From the human T2T-CHM13v2.0 reference genome, Homo sapiens, in the NCBI RefSeq assembly GCF_009914755.1, contig NC_060947.1: 64,000 nt of DNA. The stretch is one strand, 5' to 3'. The position numbers and the translations under genes were made by a program. Under the pieces are notes generated by a model. That model saw nothing but the letters and a program-made list of their open reading frames with translations. It ran no database searches and had not been told where the DNA came from. This document shows, piece after piece, positions 39,791 to 53,372 of this stretch. The number at the start of each line of letters is the position of its first letter. The stretch's first letter is position 1.

Positions 39791-40399
39791 TCATGCCTAA
39801 AGGCAGGGGGTGAACATAATGAGCTCTGTAGATTAGGACCAGTTTCAGGAGTCTGATTCTTTTGCTTGCTAGGCAGAAAAAGAAAGTGGATTTGTCTGCT
39901 GAAACCTGGGGTTCCACCTCTGAGGCTAATGGGTGAGGAGATGAGAAAAGAAGGGCAGGGAAGAGAAGAGGCAATGCATTCTGGCAGTTTAGAGAAATGT
40001 TAGAGTTCTTGTCCAGATTCTTTGTGGTTCTGAGTGGGAGGTGACCCAGGATGTGGGCCTTTGTGGTTCTGCCTCCAGCTTTGCATCTGCCAAGAGGCCG
40101 CCCTTCAGGGACATGGCTTTCCTGCCCCAGCCAGGCTGTGGTAAGAGGGAGGGGGAGAGGAAGGAAAGAGGGAGGGGACACTGCTCACAATTCCCGGGAG
40201 GAATCTGGTTTCTCCCACAAACTCTTGGAGCTCTTACCTCCCCCGCAGTTCCCCTTTCCCCTCCCTCTTCTCAGTTTCCTGATTTCTGAAGGCCACTCAC
40301 TAAAGCCCCACCAGGGACAAGCTTCCTGCAGCAACTGGATGGGTACCAAGGCAGATGGTCACATGTCAAGGAAGGGGACACAGAATCTTGCCCAAATAA

Positions 40400-40615
40400 C
40401 ATAGGCTTTAGAGTGAGAAGCAGGGCCAAGTCATAACTCCATTACTTACACACTGTGTGACTTTAGGCCTAGCAAGGCCATTCTCTGAGCCTCAGTTTCT
40501 CCCTCTGTAAAATGGGAACTGACCTCACAGAGTTTTAGAAGGATTAAATGAGATAATGTATGTAAGGCGTCTAATACACTACTTGGCACCTAGTAGATAT
40601 TCAAGAAATATTCAT
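40400..40615 (+). mobile_element. MIR SINE (another at ~40810-40980)
   Basis: TCTCTGAGCCTCAGTTTCTCCCTCTGTAAAATGGG...GGATTAAATGAGATAATGTATGTAA. Confidence 0.88.
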
Positions 40616-42419
40616 TTTCTTCCTCCCTTACCCCCATCCCTTTTAGGGGAGAGTAAACATAGCTTAATCCTCTTACCAGGCTTCTACCTGGGCACAGACC
40701 CTTCTCATCTCACTTGCTCTGCCATCTGAGGCTCCTCCCCACATCCTCCATGAGACTGGCGACATCCACATTTTAAGATTAAAGGGGCCATGCATCCCTT
40801 CTTAACTTGGGTGCTGGATTTGGAGTTGGAGGACTTGCTAATGGTGTGACCCTGGTAATTGCTTAACTTTTCTAGGCCTCAGTTTCCTCATCTGAAAATA
40901 GGGATAATCATCCCTGCTTTGCCAGCCTTGCAGGGTTGTTATGAGATTCCAATGAGATCATTCTTTGGGAAGTGCAAAGCAGTGGATATGTGTGGGTGTT
41001 ATTAGCTCGGTCCAGGAGGGAGGGAGGGGAGGCTTAATCCCTGGAGACTGAATTAGCACCCACCTCAGGGGATTTTCTCATTGGGGACACCAGGGCCAAA
41101 GTATTCAGAGGTTCAGGGGTGGCTGGGGGCATAGAATTGGAGCTCAGCCATGAGGCTATCCATGTACAGCTTGGGTGGGGTGGGACGGGGGAGTTCATTT
41201 ATGTCTTTTGGCATAAGTCACATGTAAATATGTCAATTATGGGGTTTGAGTCAACTGTCTGTGGACCGCTTGAGCCAGATGGCAACCCCAAAAGGCCGAT
41301 GGCCTCTCTCCCTTTCTTTCTCCCACCTTCTGCTTCTCCTGAGGTCAGAACTTGAGTTGACCAGTGTCTGAAGTTGGCCGATTCTTCCCCACCTGCCACA
41401 GAGAATTGTCAGCTATGCCCTTGTGGGTGACCTGAAGTCTGAGTCGGGTTTTTGCTGAGTTGAGAGTTTTGACAGCTGCAGATATTGATGGTACTCTCTG
41501 CCCGCATGACACGGGCTCAGTGTCTGAGGCCTCACAGCCCTCAAGCCCGCATGGATAGCCTTCTTTCTCACATGCGTCCTTCTCCCTGGTTGTCCTCACC
41601 AATGGCCCACTCTTCTTTCTCACAGTAATGGCCAAGTTCTTCCCACCTTAAGGTCTCATCAGTGGGTCCTCTTCTTCCTGACCAGCATCTAATTCTCTAC
41701 CCTCTTTTGGGGCAGCCAGGGGGCCCCGTGCCTGCCACATGCCCTAGGCTGACCACTCAGCCTCCAAGGACATTTCTTTGTCCTTTGCCCCAGCCTCTCA
41801 CTATCCTCTGAAAGCCTCTTTTCAAAGCCCCACCCCATGCCAACCTCCAGCTCTGGCTCCTCCCCACCCCCAACCCTGCCTCCCCTCCCAATCCCTGCCG
41901 CTGTCATTTTCCTGAGGGAAGAGTCTCAGGGAGCCTGGAGAGTCTCCTTCCACCCTCTCTTTCCTTCCACCCATCTTCCTGTCTTTCCACCACAGCCTCT
42001 CCTCTTACCTCATGACTCAGCTTCTATCTCAGGCCCTGCCGGTGATGCATTCTTGAGCCCCCTACCCCCAAGCAGCCTGAACTCTGGACGCCCCCTCACC
42101 CCAAGTCAGCATGGGCCCTGCCTGGCCCCCACCCACAAAGCTCAGTCCTGTTAGCTCCTCCTCGTGGGGCGACCCACAGCAGGCAGCTGCTGCCTGCAAT
42201 TCATTGGTGGGGACCACATACCAGCCACCCCTTGAGCCGGAGTTCAAACGCAGACCTCCTAGCATGTGTTTGATCAGCTGAGGCCAAATCCACAGCCTTC
42301 TAGGAAATGGCGCCTACCAGCTCAGCTGTGCTCTGGAGCCAGGGTCCTAAGGCAGGCATGGCATGGCCCAGCAGCAAAGACATGGGGAGGGGAGGAAGGG
42401 TGAGGAGGGAGAGCTCTTT

Positions 42420-42420
<1 letters not shown>

Positions 42421-42484
<64 letters not shown>
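42421..42484. repeat. Compound microsatellite (CT)8(GT)24, followed by degenerate TG-rich DNA to ~42880
   Basis: Read directly. Confidence 0.96.
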
Positions 42485-42486
<2 letters not shown>

Positions 42487-43088
42487 CAGGGGTGGTGAGT
42501 GGGGGGCTGGTGGTGATGTGTGTGTTGTGTCACTGTGTTGGAAATTGCTGAGTGAAACTGGGTCACTGGGATGCAAGAGTGCTGTGCAGTTGTTTGGTGT
42601 GTTGTATGGTAGAGGGTTGGAATCATGGAGTGTGGTGCTGTGGGAGTGGTATGTATGTTATGTGTCACTATGGGGTGTGTGTGTGTGTATGTAGTGTGGT
42701 GGGGTCTGGTGTTATATCACTGAGTTGGGGGTACTGTAGTGGGCATGTGTCACACGGCTGCAAGTGTGACTTGGCTGTGCTTGGAGACTTGGGTGTCATG
42801 ATGTTGGTGTGGGGTGGGGACATGCTATGTGTCAGCAGATGTATGGGTCTGTTGGGAGACTGTGACCTGTGTGGTGCAAGGTTCAAGAACCCCAGACTCA
42901 GTTCCCAGTCCTGGCAGCTCACAGCTAGGAGTCTCCAATTTCAGATGAATTGGGGCCAAAGTCTTGTATAAGTTGTCCCGCTTCCCACCCCACCCCCGCC
43001 CTGCAGGTTGGGTCACCCTCAGTTCCTGTGGTTTAATCCAAACCATCGGCTGAAGTTCCCTGAATACTGTGCTTATGATGACCAGAGT

Positions 43089-43239
43089 AGGAGGAGGCAG
43101 AGGCGAAGCAATGGGAGGAGAAGAAGAGGGAGGAGGAGAGAAGAAGAGAAGGAGGAGAAAGGAGGAGGCAGAGGCAAAGCAATGGGAGGAGAAGAAGAGG
43201 GAGGAGGAGAGAAGAAGAGAAGGAGGAGAAAGGAGGAGG
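43089..43239. repeat. Purine-rich 71-bp tandem duplication (2 copies + 9 bp)
   Basis: Units start at 43089 and 43160; one G/A difference. Confidence 0.95.
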
Positions 43240-43853
43240 AGGAAGGGAAGGAACAGGAGGAGAGAGACAGAGTGAAGCATGGAGAACCAATTGGAGGGAT
43301 TGCCCAAGCCCCAAAACACTAGTCTAGGCTCTGGAGATGCAGTAAGTGCAAGGGAGAACAGCACGCCTAAGGCCAAGTTCAGGGAGCCAAGGGAGGACCA
43401 AGGGAGGGCCAACCGGGTGGACCTTGTTTGATGTGGGGAAGCAGGAAAGACCTTCTAAAGTAAGTGGTGTTTGAGCTGATGTCTGAAGGTGCAATGTGTA
43501 TGAAATCTTCCCTGGTTTCTGATTCCAGCACTTGGGAACATTTCTACTTGCTTCCTGGGCTACCCAGGCTCAAGCTGAGGGTGTTATGTTTGAATTATTC
43601 CTCTTCTGCAACGTCCAATCGACTTGGCAGACCTCACAATGGCTCGTGTATTTAATCGTTCACTCGACAAATAGTCCTTGTGCCTGGACGCTGCCAGGCA
43701 CTGTGCCAAGTACCTGAGAATCCATCCACAAGCAAGCAGGACTAGGTTCCTGCTCTCATAGATCCTGCCTTCTTCCTCATCACTGCCTTCCCACTGCCAC
43801 TGTTCAGGGTCAGCCTCCTCCCTGTTCTCCCCACCTCTGGGCTCACCCCTTTA

Positions 43854-44198
<345 letters not shown>

Positions 44199-44581
44199 TT
44201 ACTTCAGATGGCCAGAGTAGGCCTCATTGAGAAGGTGATATTTGAGCAAAGACTTTAAGGAGGTGAGAGAATTAGCTATGCAGATATCTGGGGAAAGGTC
44301 ATTCAGGGAAGAGGGAGCAGCCAGTGTTTAAGGCTGTGAGGCAGGAGCAGGCCTGGCCTATCTCAACCCCAATGACAAGGGTTTAAGAACAGGCCACTGA
44401 GCACTTTGCAGGGGCACAGGAAGCCCTGAAATGTTACATGGAGCTCTTGCTGTTCAGGCCAAGCCTTTAGCCTCATTCCAACCTTGGACTCCATCCAGCC
44501 GCACATTATTACTATTGCACATTTATCACTAGAGTTTATGTGGCCCTTGCTAAGCCACTATCTTATATACTCTTTCCACAA

Positions 44582-44755
44582 CCCTGTGCAGTAGAGATTT
44601 GCATCCTCATTTTACAACAGTGACAATAATAACTGCCACTTACATGGTTCTTACTATCGTCCAAGAATCCCTGTGCAGTAGAGATTTGCATCCTCATTTT
44701 ACAACAGTGACAATAATAACTGCCACTTACATGGTTCTTACTATCGTCCAAGAAT
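44582..44755. repeat. Perfect 87-bp tandem duplication
   Basis: 44582-44668 is identical to 44669-44755. Confidence 0.97.
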
Positions 44756-44976
44756 TTATGTATTTATTCTAAGAGCTTTGCTTACGTCAAGTCATTTAAT
44801 CCTCATGTCCATGCTGTGAGCTAGAGTATGTTATCAACTCCATTATGCAGGTGATGAAATTGAGGCACAAAGAGGTTAAATGACTTGTCCAAGGTCACGC
44901 AGTTGGTAAACGCAGAGCTGAATTCAAACGGAGGCATTCAGGCTCCAGGATACGTGCCCTTAACTCGTATGCTAAC
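44705..44976 (-). mobile_element. MIR nested in another MIR (~44510-45070)
   Basis: Full antisense MIR between host pieces CCTCATTTTACA and CAGGAAAACCAAAGCTCAGAGA. Confidence 0.75.
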
Positions 44977-46134
44977 AGGAAAACCAAAGCTCAGAGACTG
45001 GAGTAACTTGCCCAAGGTCACACAGAAAATTGGTGTTGAAGTTCATATTTGCACTAACACACCTGACTCAGTCCAGCAATTCCTCCAATGTGCCCTGTAC
45101 TTCCCCTAGCTTTCCACCCTAACACTCCAAGCTGCCACAGACTCTGAAGGTCAACTATTATCTTTGGGCTTAATCTTCATTTTAAAATATTTTTCACCTC
45201 ATCCCTTCCCCCACCTGCAAGTTTCCAAGCAGAAACTTGGAGGTTTCCCAACAGGCCATGCCCTGAATGGCAGAGACCAGGAAAGAGGGCTGAGTTGCCA
45301 CCAAGTGGGTGGCATTTGCTGTAGGCATTTTTCCGTTCATAAGTGTCTTCTTTCCCCAAAGACGAAAGGAGAGATCTGAGGGAGGAGTGCTATGGGCTGG
45401 GCTGGAACAACCCTTCCGAAGCCTCCCCAGAAGGGGCACATGTTTGTGGAGTGTTCACATGTGTGTGTGCCTGTGTTCATACGTGTGTCTGTATGAACAA
45501 GGGCTTTGGGGGACAAGGTGTGTAGGTGCTGGATTGTGCATCTATGGGTGTATGCCAGTTTATCCATGTCTCCGTGTGTGAGTAACTGTAGCTGGGTGAG
45601 TGTCCATGTGGGTGTGTGTCTGCCTGGGTGTGAGTATGATGGGGGGTGTGCATGTGTCTGTGTGTGGGGATGAGTGCAGGGGGCTCTGGAGCACAGGGCT
45701 AACCTCTGGGCCCTTCTGCTGACCTGACTGGCCTCAGCCTGCCCTACCCACCTTGGGCACACCTGTTGGTCTACAGCCCACATCAGAGGTCCCCTGGCCC
45801 TCTGCTTCAACTTCAGCCTCCTTGTCACTCTCTGTCTGGCGCACTGCCTCTCCCTCCAGGCCTCCAGGCCTTGCCCAGGGGAAGCAGAGAGCATTGGAAG
45901 GGACGGACACAGTAGCCCAGGATCCTGGGACCCCACATGAGAGTGTTCCTAGGGGCCTGGGTTTGGGCATAGGCTGTCACCATCAGAATGGGAAGAGTTA
46001 TTAATGTTGAAGCAATTGGACACTCCTCTATTCTCCTCCGTGGCACAGATGGGGACTGTGTCCATCAGGGTATAGTCAGGAAAACAGAAATCACATTAAG
46101 TCTTTCAACACAGAGAATTTTATCCAGTGATTTT

Positions 46135-46385
46135 AATCCAGGTAGTGTAGACTCTGGACCCAGACAGCTCGGGCTCATGGCCTAGCTCTGCTATTTATTT
46201 GCTGTGTGGCTTGGGTAAGTCAATTAACCTCTCTGTGCTTCCGTGTCTTTATCTGGGAATAAGAGATGATAACAGCATGTAGCTCACAGGCTTGTAGTCA
46301 GGGTTAAATTAAACCAATGTAGGTAAATGTGTTTAGGGCAGTGCCTGGCCACATAACAAGTGTTCGGTAAGTGTGGGTTGTTCTT
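46135..46385 (+). mobile_element. MIR SINE
   Basis: TTGGGTAAGTCAATTAACCTCTCTGTGCTTC...CAGTGCCTGGC. Confidence 0.85.
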
Positions 46386-48837
46386 AGCAGTAGGACAGTG
46401 GCTGTGGAGTAAAGACGGAATTTCTGGGTTTCTAGGATTTATCCCACCTTAGGCAGGCACTTTCCTCTCTCTAAATCTCCACCTGCCCCAGCATCAGGAG
46501 GTCCTTGCAGGGAGTGGGCACTGCCCACACAGATAGGATGGTGGCAGAAACATGCAGTGAACAGCATCTTGCCACCAGCCTCTGAGCCAGGGCCCCTCAC
46601 TGTCTTTTGCCCAGAGCACTGTTATTCCACTTCCATAGGTGCCTGCACATCGGGATGCACCCTAGAGACTCAGCCCATTCCAGGTGTGGCCTCAACCGTT
46701 TAATCCCAGCTCCTTGGAACATCCCTGCACACCTGCACAGCTGATAATTCACAAAGGACTCACCAGCCATTAGCTCATTTGGCAGGCATGAAAATCCTGA
46801 GAGATTGAGATTTTTTAAGCCATTTTCTCCCTCCCTACAGACAGAAGCTGGGTCTCAGAGAGGTTAAGCAACTTGCCCAGGGACACACAGCTAGTACAAG
46901 TCAAAGCCATGACATGAACTCACATCTGCCTGACTGTAGGCCCACATTCATAATCACACCAGCCATAGCCCCTGTGGGTCTATAGACATGTCTGCCTCCC
47001 CGAGAGGAATCCAAGTCCTCTGAGACCTCTGTGTCCCTTTGCCCAGCAGTGCCTAGCAGTGCTTGGCACGGAGCTGAGTGCCCAATGGAGTGCTCGGTGA
47101 ACATCTGCAGAATTTGAGTGGTGGTGAATTGGCAGCCCATATCTCAGCCTAGAGATATGTTTTGTTTAGCTTGCAGAATGTTTCCAGGAAGTTTAAGATT
47201 AGTCACCAGGATTGCAAAAGAGGGCAATTTTATATAAAAATCCAGATTTCCTGCTCTCAAAAATTCAGGAGCCCTGAGAACCCTAGGCTTGTATTCCAAC
47301 GTGACGACAATCAACTCCATTTGAGTAGCCAATGCTCCAGAAGACGGGGCACATGCTCACCACTTCACCACAGCCCCCACCACTCCCTGTTGTCACCCCG
47401 GCTGCCGCCATTCCTCAACCCGCTTGTATCCTTATTTCCTGTCACTAGTTGTTTCCTGCCATTCCCCACTTGGCCTGAAGGGGCAGTTGGGCTGGTGCCT
47501 TCTGGGGCAGAGTGTGAGCCCAAGGGAAGCCCTGGGGGTCAAGACAGCTGTCTACCCACACAAGCTTTCCAATATCGGTTATTACTAGTATTCATTTACC
47601 CCTCTGCCCATCCTCCTGAGCCTCTTTCCCTCCACCCCATGCAGAGGAGGACACATGCCTGGGGCACAGTTTTGTTGCTCTTAAATAGAGCCCTGGGATG
47701 GTAGTAGAAAGGACAGTTCTCTGGCCAGAGTGAAATCAGGGGAAGCTCCCAGGAAGAGGCTGCCTCTGAGTCTGGAAGAATTGGAGCTGAAGGAAGGATA
47801 GAATTAGCAGCTAGAGCAACAAAGCAGGGAGGCAGCCATGTCTGGGTTGTGTACTGAGACCCTTGAATGGGCTAAAATGACTAGATCTAGGGTTGATGAA
47901 GGACAGCTGGGGAAAGTGGGGAAGGGAACAAACATTTGCTGACCCCTCATTTCCGGAGACTCCTAATCCGTGCCTGGCCCCCTGTGAGGGTATCACGTAC
48001 AGGAGCTTGTTTAGTTCTCACAGCAATCCTGTGAATCCAAGGACCACTGAGTCCGTTGTTACAAATGAGTAAACTGGAGCTCAGACGTTGGGGGACTTGC
48101 CCAAAGCCACACAGCCAGGAAGTAAAAGAGCTGGAATTCCCTACAGGCCTGCCTCCATGTTGGGAGAAAGAGGGCTGAGGAGTTATAGAAGGCTACGAGA
48201 AGAAGAGTGGCTGGGTCTGCCATGACTTCTGGACCACAGGCAGGTGGCCCGGGGACATGGAAGGGGAATCCTGGCCTCTGCTGCCTCCTTCTCCCCCGCT
48301 GTCTCACCCTCTCCAAATCTGTTGTTTCCACCTCCTAAACAGCAATCCATCCTACTGCCTTGCCTTGAATCCAGGCCTCCCTCACCTCTTCTGGACTATG
48401 CAGGAGGCTCCTAACTAATCTCCCTGCTTGTATTCTTCCTCACTTCCAATCCACCCTGCAGCCTCAGCCAGAGTGAACTGAAAAGTTAGAGTTAACTGTG
48501 TCACCCCCCCGCCCCCTCAAGCTCACCCCCACTGGGTAGATAGGAACTCTCCAAACAGCTCCCTTTGCCTGGAGGGTTTGCTCTCCTGCCAACTCCCTCT
48601 GCCCGAACTATCCTTTCAGTGCCTTCACCCCTTATGTCCCTAAGAACTCAGTCCAGGTGCTACTTCCTCCAGGAAGCTTTCTCTGACTTTTCTTCTTCTC
48701 CTGTGTGCCCCTCCTTGGGCCTCCCACAGCCTCCTGGGCTCTCTTTCACCACAGCCCTTTCCCCATGTAACCCAAAATAAAGCACCTTCCTTAGCTGTCT
48801 ATTCTATGACTGGAAGTTTCTCCAGGTCAGGGCTGAG

Positions 48838-49100
48838 GGGCAGTAGATCACAGTGGCTATGAGCATGAACTCTGGACTCAGACTGCCTGGCTTTGAATTC
48901 TGGTACTGCGATTTAGTAGATGTGTGCACCTACTAAAAGGGAAGTCCCTTTGACACTCTAGGCCTCAGTTTCCTTCTGCTAAATGTGGATTATGAAAGCA
49001 TCAATCCTCCAGAGGGCCTTTGTGAGAAAAAAGGAGAGTCCACATAAAACGCTCGAACAGCACCCGGCTTATAGTAAGTGCTTAATAAAGGCAGCTATCA
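48838..49100 (+). mobile_element. MIR SINE within L2 pieces
   Basis: ACTCTGGACTCAGACTGCCTGGCTTTGAATTC...GGCCTCAGTTTCC...TAGTAAGTGCTTAATAAA. Confidence 0.85.
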
Positions 49101-52100
49101 TGACTCACTTCTGTATATCCAGAGCCCAGCACAGAGTAGGTATTTGGTGGCAGAATTGGGGACCTGGAGTACCCTGGGTAAGGGGAGACTGGACTTCTTG
49201 GAGGAGGTCCTAGTTGGAAGATGAGCCCCTTGCTAACTGGTTAGGGAGAGGGTGAGGGCAGACATGGCCCCCAGGGAGCTATTACTGGAAGCACAGCAAC
49301 TTCAGAGCTAATGGCTGTTGCATGTGGTGGCTCCTATCTGATCCAGTCACCAGCCTCCCCCATCAATGTGGTTTTAATAGTCAGCTGACACCTCATTAGC
49401 CTAAGTCCAGTACCAATTCTGCTGCCACGCAGTGAGTGAGCAAGCCGCTGGGGGGCCAGAGTCTCGTTAGGGCCTGGCCTTCACCAGGGCCAGAGGGCCC
49501 ACAACATGATACCAGCTCAGGGCCCAGTCAATGTGTTTCCAATCAGCAATTAGTCTTTAATTAATGGGGCTGCAAAATGATTGCTTTCCCGTCTGAATGG
49601 TGGTATGGGCAGGGAGCCGGCAGGAATGGCCATCTGGGGAGTGTTAAGCTGGAGTTACAAGAGGAGACATAAAGGAACCAAACACCCCAATTTGGGCCAG
49701 AATCACGGCCCTGGGCAAGTTGCATGGAGCCCAGCCCAGTGGCAAATGAAAGCCAGACCTAGGTTCTTGGTGGCACCTGTTCTTGCCCAGGCTCCTGTGT
49801 CCCCAGGATTTGGGGATGGCCAAGAATATAGCCTCTCAGGGCCTCAGTTTTCCCAGGTACAACTTGAGGGGCTTACTGGAGGGTCTCTAAGGGCCCTCAC
49901 AGCTCCAGTGCTCTGAAAGGCTTGTCCAAGTTACACATGACTCAGGGGGAAAGCTGGCCTCATGGGAGGATGTGCCTCAACACCCCAGCTGAGCCTCATC
50001 TGTAAAATGGTGATAATTGTTTCTACCTCCTAGACTTGTTGAGGTGGAACAGAATTCCATAAACGATGAAGTGCTGTGTTTGGCAGCTACAGCTTGGGGC
50101 TGGGAAGCCATGCCATCAGCTCCTGGGGGTTCCAGTGTCTCAGTGCCTCTGAACCTGGTTCTCACCCTCTACTCTCACCCACGAGAGGAGGGAGAGCTAA
50201 CGAAGATGGAAGCCACCACATGTATTGAGCAGCTGCTGAGCATGTACACGTGCATTATCTCATTGAGTCTTCATTACAGCCATCTGAAGTAGGTATTGTT
50301 CTGATCATCCCCAGCTTACAGAAGAGGAACCTCAGCTACTGGGCAGTTAACTGAGTGGGAATCAAACCCAAGGAGGCCCTACTCTGGACCCCGTGCTCTT
50401 AATCATTATTTAAGGGGCAGTTTTTCTTGGTTTGAGGAGGTTTCGTCTTTGATAATGGTTTGGCATTCTCCCCTGACATCAAGAACCACAGGTGAAGGAC
50501 GTCAGCCCTGGCTAGACATTAGCAATAAACATATTCAGCCTTCTCATGGTGTGGATGGGAAGACTGAGACTGAGAGGTCCAGGAACATGACCAAGAGCAT
50601 ACAGTATGTTGCTGGTGGTTCTGGGCTTGGGACCCAGGTTATCAACTCCCAGGTCCATTGGACTGGAGCAAAATCCCATCCCCTTGGACTCCTCCCTCTC
50701 CCTCATCCCTGACATCCTATTGATTTCACCTCCTAAATGTGCCACTGATCTACCAGTCCCTCTCCAACCCATCTGTGTCAAGTAGGGTCAAGTTCTCCCC
50801 TGCTGCCCCCTGTGCTGCTGACTCACCCTCCTCAGTGGCTTCAGGATGAATCTTCCAAATGTACACTTTTGACCCTATTGCACACTTGCTTAGAAGCCCT
50901 CAATGATTCCCTACTGCTCACTGAATTAAGCACAAACTCCTTGGTCTGCCATCCAGGGCCTTCTATGTAAAGTTCAAATCTACTTTTCCAGCTTTAACTC
51001 CATTTTTTTTTTCTGCTTATGAATTTTATGTTTTAGATTTATAAGCCAAACTGGACTCATCGAAGACTGATTTCCTGCTCCACAGAGTTGTTGTGAGGAT
51101 TACATTAGTTGCTGTACATAAGGCCCTTGGAACAGTGCTTGGCACAAAGCAAGTGCCATATCAGTGTTTGTTAAACAGATACAAAAAGAAATATGTGGAC
51201 TTGCCTTATCTATGCTCACCTCCAGACTTCTTTCTGCTAATGGGGTTTCCTCTACCTGAATTCCATTTCCACCACTCTCTCTGCACGTCCAAATTCTACT
51301 GAGCCTTCAAGGTCTTTGACTTCCCCATGTCACCCCCTCCAGGAAGGCTTTGTTGATGTCTACTGCCTTGGTCTCCCACCAGCACTCTCTTTGTCCTTTC
51401 TTGTGGCTGCCTTTTATTTCCAGAGTGTGTGCATTTGTTCTCGAGTAGTCTTTAAACTCCTTGAGGGTAGGCAGTGAGGAATAAGGTAAAGAACACAGGT
51501 ATGTGCATCAGACTGACTAGAGGTTCAATCCTGGCCCTGCCACTTTCCAGCTTTTTGACCTTGGACAGGTGACCAAGCTTAATTCTCAGTTTCCTTAGCA
51601 GTAAAATCATCCTTACTTGTCAGGGGATTGTAGAAGAGTTTGCCCTGAGAGGGCATAGACTTTCTGGCACATAATGGGAGCTCTCACCTCCTACCTGTTT
51701 GTTCTAACAAACTAGAAAGGAGCCCTAGTGGTTATGAGTTGAGGCCTGGCCTACTTCCGACCTGAAAGATATTTCACAGGTGACTTGACTTGTTCCTGTG
51801 TCCTGAGGCCCAAGTGACTGCATCCTTTCCCAGTCCTTCCCTGGCCCAGCCTTCAGCACATGCATAAGTGACCTGAGCTTCAGAACAAGAGTCAACTGCT
51901 CTTGTGTTTCTTAAAATGAAATTTGCCATTTACTGAGGAGGGATGGCTACCCTAAGTCAGTGCCTTCTGGCAGTTTCCTTCCAGTCACCTTTAAGGAATC
52001 AGAGAGCAGAAACCCTGGGAATCCCCCACGGGTGCCAGTCAACCTGTCAACTCCTCATGGCTTTGCCTAGGCTGCTTCCTTGGTCAGACTGTGCACCAGC

Positions 52101-52756
52101 TCTCCTCCCATTCTCTGCCTCACATTAAAGAGGTTTGAGAATTACCACCATGACTGGATCACCTTCTGAGGATTCCCACGAGGGCAGACTTGGAGCAGTA
52201 TAGGTTTTATAAGAAGGCAAGAGGCCTGGCTGTGTTTCTCACGCTACCAATAACTATTAGTGAATCCCTTTGCTAGTGCATTCTCTTCTTTGAACTTCAT
52301 ATTTCTCAGTTCTAAAATGACACAGTCTAAGCCCCCATTATTTCTCACCTGGATGACTGCACTGGCCCCTAACTGAACTCCCTGCTTCCACCCTTAGTCC
52401 TTTTTTTGTATTGTTACAACAGAATAGCATAGACTGGGCAATTTCTAAAGAAAAGAATTTATTTCTCATAATTCTGGAGACTGAGAAATCTAAGAGCATG
52501 GCATAAGCATCTGTCAGGGGCCTTTGTGTTGCATCATCCTACAGTGAAAGGCAGAAAGGCAAGAGAACATGTGGGAGAGAAAGAGAGAAAGGGGGCCGAA
52601 CTTATCCTTTTATCAGGAGCCCACTCCTGCAGTAATGAACTCACTCCCACAATAATGGCATTAATCTATTCATGACGGCAGAGCCTTCATCATTTAATCA
52701 CCTCTTAAAGGTTCACCTCAACACTGTTACAATGACAATTAAATTTCAACATGAGT

Positions 52757-52928
52757 AGCCAGGCGCAGTGGCTCATGCCTGTAGTCCCAGCTACTTGGGA
52801 GGCTAAGGTGGTAAGAATGCTTGAGCCCAGGAGGTCAAGGCTGCAGTGAGCCATGATTACACCAGTGCACTCCAGCCTGGGTGACAGAGTGAGACTCTGG
52901 GAAAAACAAAACAAAACAAAAAAAAAAA
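52757..52928 (+). mobile_element. FRAM-type Alu monomer inside the MST LTR
   Basis: AGCCAGGCGCAGTGGCTC directly followed by right-arm sequence; flanks AACATGAGT/AACTTGAGT. Confidence 0.88.
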
Positions 52929-53372
52929 CTTGAGTTTTGGAGGGGACATTCAAACCCTGGCCCCCAAAACTCGTGCCCTTCTCACATTCAAAATACATTC
53001 ATTCTATCCCAATAGCCCCAAAAATTTTAACCAATTCCAGGACCAACTCAAAAGTCCAAAGTCCAGAGTCTCATCTAAATCAGACATAGATAAGACTCAA
53101 GACACAATTCGTCCTGAGGCAAATTACTCTCCAGCTGTAAGCCTGCGAAATTAACAAGTTACATGCTTCCAAAATATAATGGTGGTACAGGCATAGGGTA
53201 GACATTCCCATTCCAAAAGGGAGAAATAGACAAGAATAAAGGAATAACAGGCCCCAAGTAAGTCAGCAATTAGATCATAATCTAATCACCTCTTCATGGT
53301 CCCACCTCTCAACACTATTACAATGGCAATTAAAATTCAACACGAGTTTTGGAGGGGACATTCAAGCCATAA

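Noticed and set aside
44563-44751. ORF with a duplicated Cys/His motif (YYCHCCK) resembling a zinc finger
   Set aside because: Arises from the 87-bp duplication in MIR sequence
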